DNA from: Camelus ferus
Lineage: Eukaryota
DNA length: 64,000 bases
Direction: 5' to 3'
Assembly: GCF_009834535.1 (NCBI RefSeq)
Contig: NC_045700.1
Coordinates: 81,096,001-81,160,000, forward strand
Numbering within the stretch: position 1 is the first letter of the stretch; each line of letters begins with the position of its first letter. The notes below the pieces were generated by a model that was not told the origin of the DNA, made no database searches, and saw only the letters and a program-made list of their open reading frames with translations. This document shows positions 1 to 18,697 of this stretch, piece after piece. The position numbers and the translations under genes are program-made.

Positions 1-1719
1 TCTGAGTTTGTAACACCTGTTTGGAGTGTTTTAGGATAAGAGAATTTAAATGTGATAAAGCCCTTTACTATTGGGATTCCCAGAATCAGAAGCCTATCTT
101 TTGGAAATGAGTCATTTTAACCCATTTGTATTTTCTATATTGATTTCCTTTCAGTTTTCCCTCAGATTTTTAATAAATTTTCTTTTGAAAGTATAAGCCC
201 TTATAAAGCTGTGTAAAATGAAAGTAAAGAAACAGGCCTTTTTATACACTATTGGGACAAAAAGAAAAGAAGAGGTGACCCCTGGCACAGGGCTTGATGG
301 TGACTACAGGAATCTCAGTGAGAAAACCCCAAAGGGGAGGCAAAATTCTGAAGGAATATGGTTAAGAGAGACATTTACAGCCATCTCTTCCTCCCTGGAG
401 ATTTTCACTCCAGAGCTCGAATACTGGTGGACTTGTGTTTTAAATAAGGAAAACCAATCCTTTATATGCCCAAGATTAGATTTAATTGAGCCCCACCCAT
501 GATTTTCCCAGTCCGTCAATGACACCACTATTCTTCAGATCACATAGGCATACCACCAACAGCCTGATCTCCCTAAAAGATCACTTTCATATGTCACTTC
601 TCCAGTCAAAACTTCCAATGGTTTCCCACTATCTGTAACAGTAATTAACTGCAAGAAGGAAGTGCTCCATCTCCCTCTTAGCAGATGTGCCCCTGTTTGA
701 AAACCACTGCCTGTAATGATAGATGTTAATAACTGGACCAAAATGTGCAAATAAATGGATTACACGCAGAAAAAAGCTGAAAAACATTAACCTTCAGAAC
801 AAAGGCACCAATCTTCCAGTCCAGCATTTAAGGTCCCCTCCCACCCCCATCTAGTCTCAAGTTATTATCTGGCTAACTTTATTTTCTGCTAATCCTCACC
901 CACTCTTATTCTTATTTTATATTTTTGCCCATGTGCTTCCCACCTAAAATGCCTTCCACATATTCCCTAGCAAAATCTGAAAAAAATATTTAAGTTCAGT
1001 TCAAGTCCTGCCTTTTATAGGAAGCTTTTTCCAATCACTCCACTGTTGCAGTACCTATTACCATTCACTGAACACAGTGAGTCCTTTGATGGCAATATTA
1101 TCATTTATGCTCATAGAACCCAACATAGTACATGTGCATGATACTGAATACTGGAAGGATGAACTCGCTGCAAGTTTCTCAACTGACACACACAAAGGTA
1201 AGGAGGATGTTCTCACGCATCTAGACTTAGCCTTCTTTGTGATGCCCATGAAAAAGACTGAAAAAACATCCCTTGAATGCTATACATTCCTCTACAAATT
1301 GAACAACAGGTATACAGCAGAGAAGCAGCCCTTTGAACCTTGGAAGTAGAGCCCAGAGAGAGGAAAGACTGAGGAAGGACAAAACAATATCTTATTTGGG
1401 TTCTATGACTAATGTTCTTTCCAGGATTTGGTCAGGTTCTTATTCCTTTGGTTTTTGAGATGCTTAATTTCTTAACTGGATCTAAAAAAAAAGGTTCTAG
1501 GATCTCTCAATAATAAAAGATTCAAAGTTTATTTATATTTCATCCACAAATTGGAACTATCTCCCAGTAAAGTAAGTGTCAATGAAACAAGGCAGGCAGT
1601 AGAATGGCAATCTGACAGTGGTCCTCTTCATAGGCTACTCATCTGTTTACAGTAGGGCTGTCTAAGTCTCAGGCTACCAACAGGTGCTAGTTTCATGGCC
1701 TATTCATAAGACAGTAAAA

Positions 1720-4600
1720 ATAATGAAGAGTGGGAAGATATGATTCCTTCATCCATCAACAAATACTTACTGAGTTACTGAGTGCCTATATGTGTGGAGG
1801 TACTGCTCTGGACACTTTGGATAAAACAGTGCACAAAACACACATCTTTGTCCTCACTGAGTTTATAGATTCTAGCAGGGAGAAGACAGGCCATAAACAA
1901 TAAGTATAATAAAATAAGTAAGTTTGATGGTAATATGGAAGATAAGTGCTATAGTGAAAAAATAAAAAGTGGAGCATGGTAAAATGAAATGGGAGTGCCA
2001 GGGACAGAGGGGCAGGAATGTGGCTTATGATCTTAAGTAGAATAGGCAGGTAAATCCACTGAGAAGGTGACATCTGAACAAAGACATGATTGTAGTCCAC
2101 ACAAATATGTCCACACACTTTTTGACATGCCTCTTCTTAAGAGATGGAGCTTAATTACCCTCCTCTGGAGTGTGGCCTGAACTTAGTGACTCACTTCTAA
2201 TGAAGAGAATACAGCAAGATGGTAATGGGATGTCACTTCTGAGATCAGGTTATAAAAAGACTGCAGCTCCCATCTTGGTCTTGGTCTTGGTCTTGGTCTC
2301 TCAGTCTGCCGCTCAGATTACTGGCTCTGGAAGAAGCCAGGACCATGTCATGTGAGTGGCCCTATGGAGAGGCTATGTGGCAATGAAATGGCACCTCCTG
2401 CCAAGAGCCACATGAGAGAGCTTGGAAGCGAATTCTCCAGCCCCTTAACAATGACTGCCTTCCCACCCAAGATCCTGACTGCAGCTTCAAGAGAGACCTT
2501 AAGCCAGAATCACCCAGCTAAGCTGCTTCTAGATTCCTGAACTTCAACAACCACGTGAGATAATAAATGTTTGTTGTTTTAAGCCACTAAGTTTTGGGTA
2601 ATGTGTTAAACTAACTAACACAGACATAAAGGAATTGAGGGAGTTGGCCATACAAACATCTAAAGAAAAAGCGTTCCAAGCAGAGGGAACAGACAGTGTA
2701 AATTAGGCCTAAAAGAGGTGATGCTTAGAGTGTCAGAAAAACAGCAAGAGGCCAATGTGGCTGCAGTGGAGTGAGGAGGAGGAGATGAAGTCAGAAAGGC
2801 AGTGAGGTCCAGATCACATAGGGTTTTGCAGGCCATCATAAGGCCTTTGGGTTTTACTCTACAAGTGAAATGTGAAGTCAGTGAAGGGCTTTGAGCTGGA
2901 GAGTATTATGATGTGATCTGTGTTTTAATAAGATCACTTTGTTGGTAATGGGCCCAGAAGGAAGCAGAAGTAGCAACAAGGACACTAATAAAAAGGCTAT
3001 TGCAAAAATGTGGGTAAGAGACAATGGTGGCTCAGACAAGAGTCATAGCAGCAGAGTTGGAATGGTATACTTTGAAAGTAGAGCCAAGAGGCTGATGAAC
3101 TGGCTGCAGGATGCGAAAGAGGGACAGAGGTCAAGGATGACTCCAAGGTTTTGGGCCCTAGCAAGTGAATGGATGAACTTTTCACTAACATGGGAGGGGG
3201 TTTTTAGAAAAGCAAATTTGGGGATAGATTAGCAATTTAGTTTTGGACATTTTGAATTTGAGATTCTATTAAACTTCCAAGTAAAAATGTTGAGCAGGCA
3301 GTCCAGAGTTGGGGGCAAGATCTGGAATGAAGATTAAACTTGGGATTCATCAAAGAGGTGATTTTTTTTCATTGTTCACTTTAAATTTTTTATTTCTCTT
3401 TTTCCCTCTGCATTCTGCGAGAAATAACAAGGTGATATTTAAAGCCATGGAACTAGATGAGATCACTAAAAGAGTGAAAAAAGATAAGAGCACCAAAGAC
3501 TGAGTCCTGGGGCGCTCTAACATTAAGAGGTAAGGGAGAAGGACCAGCAGAAGATTCTGAGAAGGAGCAACCAATGAGATGGGAAGAAACCAGAGAGTAC
3601 TGTGCTATGTAATTCATGTTAAGAAAGGATATTGAGGTGAAGGAATTGACAAGCATAATAAAGGAAAAATCTAAATGGGAAAGGATCAGCCAAATGCCAA
3701 CTTGATTATCCTCTGCCTCCCTACCCTCCCTTTTCATCTCTACATTCTCCCTGATGACAAATGCTACAGTAGAGATATGTACAGGAGGCTGTGGGGTTAG
3801 CAAGATAGTGTACCTATGCCTGGAGGAAGGAGAGCAGACTGAGGAAAGGAAAAACGGTCATGGAAGACTCAGAAGAGGGATGGTGCCAGTGCAGATTTGG
3901 GGAAGTTGAGCAGAAGTCTGCCATGAGGACAAGAGAGAAGAGACTACCAGGCAAATGGGTCAAGAGACATGTGGGCAGGAAGCTATCAATACTTGAGCAT
4001 GGTGAAACGGTGGGGAGCTATCAGGGAGTGACAGAGGATCAGGCTGAAGAGGTCAGCAGGACCAAATCATGAACCAGCTTATGTGGCATGCGAGGAGTTT
4101 TGAACTTTATCTTGCAGGCAGTTGAGAACCACTTAAGAACTTTAAGCAAGAGAGTGACATAATCAGGTTTCTGTTTCAGGGAGATCACTCTGACATAACT
4201 GCAAGTTCAGTTGGAAGGAAATAAGCATGGACTTGGGAGACAAGTTAGGAGGCTGTGGCATGGTCAAACCAAAACAGCTATCTAAGGCAATGGAAGCTGG
4301 AATAGAGAAGGCAAGATTCAAAACAAAGTTAACAAGTTAGGCTCTGGAAGTAAGGACAAAAAGAAAAACGGGTAACTCCCAAGTTTCTAGCTTAGAAAAA
4401 TGAATGGATCATGGTACAATTCCCCATGATAAGGAATATAAGAAGGGAAATAGATTTGGGGGAGTAGATGATTAATTTTGGACATGTTTAGGATATTGCA
4501 TGTGGGACATCCAGGTGGAAATGTCAAATATGCATTTGGCATATTGAAATATAGGCCTGAAACATAGTGGAGATAAAAAAAACTGGTACTCAAGGGACTA
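1720..4600 (-). mobile_element. Fragmented L2 LINE cluster, interrupted by the MLT1 LTR
   Basis: ttcatccatcaacaaatacttactgag, gagaaggtgacatctgaaca, ttagttttggacattttgaatttgag, gacatccaggtggaaatgtcaa. Confidence 0.7.
2120..2605 (+). mobile_element. ERVL-MaLR solo LTR (MLT1-type)
   Basis: gtgactcacttctaat, gatgtcacttctgagat, agagaccttaagccagaatcacccagctaagctgc, gtgagataataaatgtttgttgttttaagccactaagttttgg. Confidence 0.8.
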
Positions 4601-4776
4601 CTAATGACGTCTGAGAAATTGGTTAAGGTATTACACAGAATAGATCACTTAAGTCTTACAAGGCATTCAGAATGTAGCAATAGGAGTGATTGCTATGCTG
4701 AATACTCTCCTCTGAAGACACAGGAGAGAACTGCAAAATCTCTCTCTCTGCTAAGGCGCCCCTCCTGGAGGAAGCC

Positions 4777-4948
4777 NNNNNNNNNNNNNNNNNNNNNNNN
4801 NNNNNNNNNNNNNNNNNNNNNNNNNNNNNNNNNNNNNNNNNNNNNNNNNNNNNNNNNNNNNNNNNNNNNNNNNNNNNNNNNNNNNNNNNNNNNNNNNNNN
4901 NNNNNNNNNNNNNNNNNNNNNNNNNNNNNNNNNNNNNNNNNNNNNNNN
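4777..4948. other. Assembly gap (172 N)
   Basis: N run. Confidence 0.99.
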
Positions 4949-7596
4949 GGCTCGTGGCAAGGCCTCGGAATGCCAGCCTTAGGCCAGCTCCCTCCTCACC
5001 CCATTACACTGGGATAAATAAATAAAGAGCAGGCCAGCAGCCGCACAGCCTGATGGCAACCAGATGAAGAGAGGGAGGCATGGACAGGGCCAGGGGAAGG
5101 AACTCTCTCCAGTGGACCCCGCTGAGCATGGGCCATGCCAGCCCACTCATCCTAAACTTCGTCTTTAACACAGTTCTACTGACAAGTAGTAATAGTCCCC
5201 AATTCCGTGACTCGTCTTCCCTTCCTAAAGGTGCCTTTCAGCACCTAGTCTCAGGAAACACTCTACATGGGGATGCTGTCCTCTGTGAGAACAGAGCCAG
5301 CCCTGACTTGAATGGGAATTGCAGTATTCCCCCTCGAGTTAGGCCACCATTGACTGGCCCCCTTGGCTCCCTGCAATTGAGACATCAGAGGCTCTTAGGG
5401 GGAGAAGAAAAACAAAAGGACTAAATATGGAGAAGTAACCTCTGTTCAATCTTTAAATATTTTTCCTGGCCTTAGTATCCTAGAAACCTCCCGTCCCACC
5501 GCCTCTTATGCCCTATCTCCATGGCCTCTTGCCTAGCAATAGCCCCAATGAGAACTAGGAAAAACAGACCTCAGGCACTGACCGCATGGCCCTCTGACAT
5601 CAGCCCTGGCCCCCCTGCACCTTCATCCCAAGCTCTCTGTTCCTGGTTTGTTTATCTTCCTATGTTGCTTATTTTGATGGCACATCCTTTCAGCTCAGTC
5701 TTGGTTGACCCAATGACCCTTCTGTGTCCTGTTTGTAGGACCCCAGGCAAGCAGAAACTGAAAAGATGCAGTGTCCATAAGAAAGTCTGCAGTCTTGGTA
5801 GGAAATTTTTCAGTTCTAGCAGCTCTCCAGAACATTCTGAGGACAGTGCAGTGATCCCAGAGGTCACAAGAATTCTACACTATCCTAGCCCTTGACTCTC
5901 CTCTAATTCGTGTGTATAAGCAGTAAAAGTAGCAAAGCAAAATAGGGATAATCCTAGACTAGGAGTCAAGAAGCATGGAAGGTCCTGAACATATAGCTAC
6001 CGCCATATGACCTTAGGCAAGTCACTTAACCTCTCTGAGGCCCAATTTCTTAATCTATGAAATGGACAGCTACAACTGTCTATCTCTCAGATCCTTTCTA
6101 GATACAATAAAATTCTACAAGTCTCTGCGGTTTGGATGTGATCCATTCAGAACCTAGAGACCAGTGTTCTTGTAGTTTGGTTCCAAAATGCCAAACCCCT
6201 TCCTAGGCTAGCACCTGGATTCTATATCCTTTTCATTCAGTTCTGCAGTGTTTCCCCCACCCCAACAGCATGAAAGAAATGAGCCTCTCATTTTACAAAT
6301 GAGAAAATAGAGGCTCTGAGAGAAGTGATGTATCCAAAGCCGCAAAATAAATCAGGAGAATAACTGAAGATCCCAAATATGGGTCTAACAAGCAACACTG
6401 TATCCACAGGCCACACCACCACAATTTTCATAAAATCCCTCTAGCATAGACTTATCAACATATTCACCCACAAGCTTATTGAGAACCTATTACTTGTAGG
6501 CACTATGTTTAGCACTGGGGTTATAGAAACGCACTCAACATGGTCCTTGCCTTCAAAGAGTCCACAGATCAGTGGAAAATGACACAGTCTTGCAGACATA
6601 CAAACAGCATTATTACAAAGTTATAACTAGTAAAACAGAGGTATGAACCAAGGTACTATAGCAGCAGGAAAGGATTAGCTTTACCAGGAGAGTCTGGAAA
6701 GGACTCCCAAAAAAGTTGAAGCTGACACTTGAAAGATTAATAGAAGTTTACAAGGTAGATAAGCCCAGGGCATTGGGTATTCTAGGTAAAGGAACAATGT
6801 GTGCAAAGACACAAAGGCTGGAGAAAACAGCATTTTTGGCAATTCGAAGCCATCCTATATGGCAGCTAAAGCATAAAATACACAGAGAGAAAGGTCGAGA
6901 AACCAAGCTGGATGGGTATGCAGGCACTAGATCTGGAAGAGACCTCCTTGCTGAGCTAAGAATAAGTCTTACATTGTTTAACTAAGGGGCTGAGGGAGGG
7001 AACTAGTATGTCACCCAGGCCTATGTTAACCTCCTCAATACCAAAACTGACAGACAGGAGGAGCTACCCAAGAGAAAAGCAGCCTAGGAAATCTCAATCT
7101 GTCACAAGTTTAGGGTAATGGTCTCTCTTTCCCTGTGAAGACCTGAAACCTATTCTGTTTCAGGATTGCATGGACTGCAAGGAAATGCATGCCTTCCTTC
7201 TCCTCCAGAAATACAACTGCTTCAATAGATGGACTGAGTACTCAACTCACATGTTTTGTTCTCACTGGTAAGACCTCAAGCATTATGTGGCTATTGCTCA
7301 GTCAATGGACAGAGGCAGAACAGAAGGTTCCAAATCAAGAACACCTGCTTTTTGCCTAGCCCTGTGAAAAGGACTAATTTCAGGTTCGAAGGAAGTATGA
7401 GTCACAGTCCATGTCCACAGGGAGCTTACAAATTAGCCTAAAAGACAATCTATACATAACACAATATAATAACAGCATTATTTACTTACACAATAAAGTA
7501 CCAACTTGGGTAACATGTATAATTAGAAAATAGTGCAATAATACCAGGGTACTAACTGTACAACCAACAAGTCCCAAAAGAGTTAGAGAAAAAGAT

Positions 7597-7800
7597 NNNN
7601 NNNNNNNNNNNNNNNNNNNNNNNNNNNNNNNNNNNNNNNNNNNNNNNNNNNNNNNNNNNNNNNNNNNNNNNNNNNNNNNNNNNNNNNNNNNNNNNNNNNN
7701 NNNNNNNNNNNNNNNNNNNNNNNNNNNNNNNNNNNNNNNNNNNNNNNNNNNNNNNNNNNNNNNNNNNNNNNNNNNNNNNNNNNNNNNNNNNNNNNNNNNN
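7597..7800. other. Assembly gap (204 N)
   Basis: N run. Confidence 0.99.
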
Positions 7801-8252
7801 CACAAAACAGTCCCCAAATGGTAGCCCTGTGCTTTTCACCTTCCTCTACTGTCGGATGTTGAAGGGGACTGGACAAGTAATAATGACTAGCCCCCCGCTC
7901 CACAATCCAGACCTGGGATCAGATCTCAACAAGCAAAAATTTAGCAACTGGTCAACTAAGCTTTCCAAAGTTAGAGAATTCCAAATGAAATTCCTAGGGA
8001 ATTTAACACAGATGTTTTACAAATGTGAATCAGCCCACTTTTGCCTTTTGACATCTTTTCCCCTACCTCTCCCCATCTTCCCCATGCATATCTCAAGCTT
8101 TATCAGACTTCCTATAGGTGATTTTTCCAGAGAAAGGGCTCTCCAACCATGCAAGCAACCTAACACCCAAAATGCAAGTCACCACTGAGGCACCTGGAAA
8201 GAGGAAGTAAAACAAAGATGCACAAACAGAAAGAAAATAACAAATACTCTAC

Positions 8253-15796
<7,544 letters not shown>

Positions 15797-16879
15797 TTAG
15801 CAAAGTGCCCCCAGGGTACTGTAGGCCTGGGGGAACACCACCCAGACAGTTCTATATCAAATAAGTCTTGTGAAAATCCTCCCTAATAAGACAGAAGGCA
15901 TAGATTTACATTCTATCTCCTCTCTCCCCACTCCACTTTGCCCCCTCACTCCCCCCGCCCCCTGCCAACAAGCTGAGCATCAACCTGACTACCTCTTGGC
16001 CACTAAAAATCTATTTATAATTTTGAGGGGTTTTCCCCCTCTATTAAATTCCTAGAGGACATAAAATTTCTGCTTCTTCTATAGCATTTAAGCCTCAGCA
16101 TATTGGGAACAGTGTTCTTGTTTTCTAATAATATAACAACGTGGAAACCTAAACCATTCTTGTTGCATCTTTATCACATTCCTAATAAATATGTCAATGC
16201 TATCCTTTCCTAGAACTTCTGGAAGAGGAGGAATAGTTTTTGCTTTATAAAACATCATAAGTCATAAGTGCCATGGGCAGGAAATTCAAATTATTTGATC
16301 ATTATCTAAAAACAAAACTCTGGAAGTTCTCAGAATTTTAAAATATATATATTTCCTATATATATATTTTCTTTGCAGCAGCCTCAAAAGCTTGTGTTTG
16401 GAGGATGGTATCTCAGTCATACTTGCCACTTGCTGTTCCCACTGGGAAGAGGCCATCCTGGAATGCTTAAACTAGTCTTCACCGGACCAGAGTTCCACAT
16501 TGCCAAAGGTCACAAACCGCAAGTCGTCAAGCCCTTCTCTCCCCTACAGGCACTCCACGGTGTGCACTCTAAGAGTCACCAAAATTGGGTTGATTATCCT
16601 AGCTTGTACTTCGGAAAGCCTGGAAGCTCAGGATCCTCAAACTGTACGGTGTTTCACTTTGTGGGCAGGGGAGGAGTTTAAAATGTGGCCAGCACATAGG
16701 CTGCACATTGGCAGCGCATCGGAGGAATTCAGCACAAGACCTGGCGTTAGCTGCTCCCACCACGCACGTCCTGTTCTGAGGCCTCTGTATCTCACGTTTT
16801 TCTTTTTTCTTCAAGGACGCCTTTAATCTTGACATTAACCAGATTCACCCATTTATTATTCTTGAATGAAGGGAGGGGA

Positions 16880-17700
16880 AGCGCCGAGGGCCAATAGCGG
16901 AATGGGGTTGCCTAAAACCGGTCTGCACCGTCCCGCCCCTTAGCCGTGAGCCTCCCCGCACAGCTCCTCCGCCATCCTGCAGGGGGTAACAAGGCCTCAG
17001 CGACCATCCTGGCTGGGCCATGCCCCGCCTCTCTGGGAGAGGACGAACCCTCGTTATGTTTACCACAGACCCACCCCAGGAGTCCCGCCTGGCGTCCAGT
17101 TCCCATTCGCCCTCGCTACAAAGGCTTTCGCCGTCCGTATTTTCATTTTTATAGCACAGGCTGCACGACGCGCGGTATGGGACTCCTCAAGGAGCAACAA
17201 AGCCGACAACCGGCTGCCTGGTCGCACCCAGCGGAGCGCCTCACAAACCCCGCCTCGCGGCCCGGAGGCGGGCTGCGCACGCGCGGTCCCAAAGCCCCGC
17301 CCACCCCTCAAGGCCTGCCCCAGAATCCCCGCCGCGCGCGGGACCCTTTCGGGAGGAAGCTGCGGGGAAGACTAGGTCGTGCGAGGGCCAGCCGTCAGAG
17401 TCCGAGCAGCTCCTCGCCGCCCGGCCCCGGCCCTGATTCGAGCTCCACCCCACCTACCGTGAGCGGCCGCGAGAGCTCTCACCTTCCCGGCAGCAGGCTG
17501 GCCCGCCCGCGCCAATCGAAAGGCCTAGAGTAGTGGCATTCCCCCACACCGCGGGGGCGGGATCTTGGGACACTGGGGCGGAGCCTAGGCCTCACATGGG
17601 CAGGGCATCTGGGCCCTCGGAGCTGGTTACCAGACCGCTGAGAGGTGGAGGTCCTCCGTGGCCAAGAAAGCAAAAAGAGAGGCTGGAAGACCCCCAGTAG
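16880..17700. promoter_or_regulatory. CpG island / NHEJ1 promoter
   Basis: High GC and CpG density; CCAAT at 16891 and 17512; GC boxes near 16930, 17555 and 17575. Confidence 0.85.
17458..17530 (-). other. NHEJ1: NHEJ1 non-coding exon 1 (approximate 5' end)
   Basis: Minus strand reads ...CTCTCGCGGCCGCTCACG|GTAGGT (exon end 17458) inside a CpG island. It resembles the remembered human 5' UTR end. A second donor GAAG|GTGAGA has its exon end at 17483. Confidence 0.65.
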
Positions 17701-17835
17701 AAAGGTGGAGGGATAGTGGCACTCCTTAGAGTCGCGCTGGCAGAGTAGAAAGAACGCTAGATGGGGTGCAGGAGAGGGGCCCCGGATTTCAACTTGTTGA
17801 TAAATTTAAAGTCACTTCCTTACCTGTCCAACCTC

Positions 17836-17841
17836 TTTATT
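17836..17841 (-). terminator. Candidate polyadenylation signal for SLC23A3 (a second candidate lies at 18251-18256)
   Basis: TTTATT on plus = AATAAA on minus, downstream of the stop codon. Confidence 0.45.
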
Positions 17842-18697
17842 GTTTTGTTTTGTTAAATAAAACGAGGGGGTTGAATTTCTCTAGATAATCTCTTGGGTCC
17901 TCACCAGCCCTTGATTTGTTTAAAGAGATGAGTCTCCCAGGCATAAATCCCATGGTCTGACCTCATCTTTACCTCTCCTGTCTGATTTCTCCCTCCATCC
18001 ACTCCCCATACTTATGCTCCATCACCACAGAGAAGCTTGAAATCCTTCAACTCATCTTGGGCTTTGTACAATTTATGATTTTGCTGGAGCTGGATATCTG
18101 AGCCTGAAAAATTCTCCCCCTCCATGTTCCACAACCAAAATTCCTTTTGTTAAGGCCAGCCTCAGTGCTGCTTCTGTGTAAAGGCTTTCCCACTATCCCC
18201 AATCAGAATTCATTGTTTCTTCTGTTTGTTCCCAAAGCATTGTTTTCATCTTTATTGCAGACTGCCTTCTGCTTTGGATTTTAGTTAGTAATTACATATC
18301 TTTTTAAACCATAAGTGCTTTGAGAGGATAGGGACCCTGTTTTATACATATCTGTATTTCTAGGACCTTGCACATGGGAGGCACTCAATAATTACCAGTT
18401 AAGTGAATGCTGGGGTTCAAGTATAGCTAGTTCACAGGCATGTCACTCATTTGTTCATGGCCCACTAAACCACAGACCCTGCTCTGGAACAGTTAGGCCT
18501 AATTAAGAGAAGGAAAAGCAAACACATCTATTGGGAAATGAGACTTCAGGTGGGCCCATGTGAGACATACACATGCCCTGTTCCTAGGAGAAAGTAGAGC
18601 CTGGTAGCTGACTTTCCAGTAAGCCAGGAGATAGGTCTAAACTAACCAGGGTAGAAGTAGGAGTCCTGCTAATTACTGGGACCTAAGTTCTTCTCTG

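Noticed and set aside
2275-2300. (CTTGGT)4 array
   Set aside because: A simple slippage repeat inside an LTR, with no spacers; not CRISPR-like.
4754-4770. CTCF-like CCAGGAGGGGCGCC on minus
   Set aside because: One G short of the core spacing, so a weak match.
16340-16370. AT hairpin AAAATATATATAT-ttcc-TATATATATATTTT
   Set aside because: A by-product of (TA)n microsatellite self-complementarity.
16946-17533. 195-aa plus-strand ORF antisense to the NHEJ1 promoter
   Set aside because: Low-complexity P/R/G/S composition typical of CpG-island chance ORFs, with no recognisable domain.
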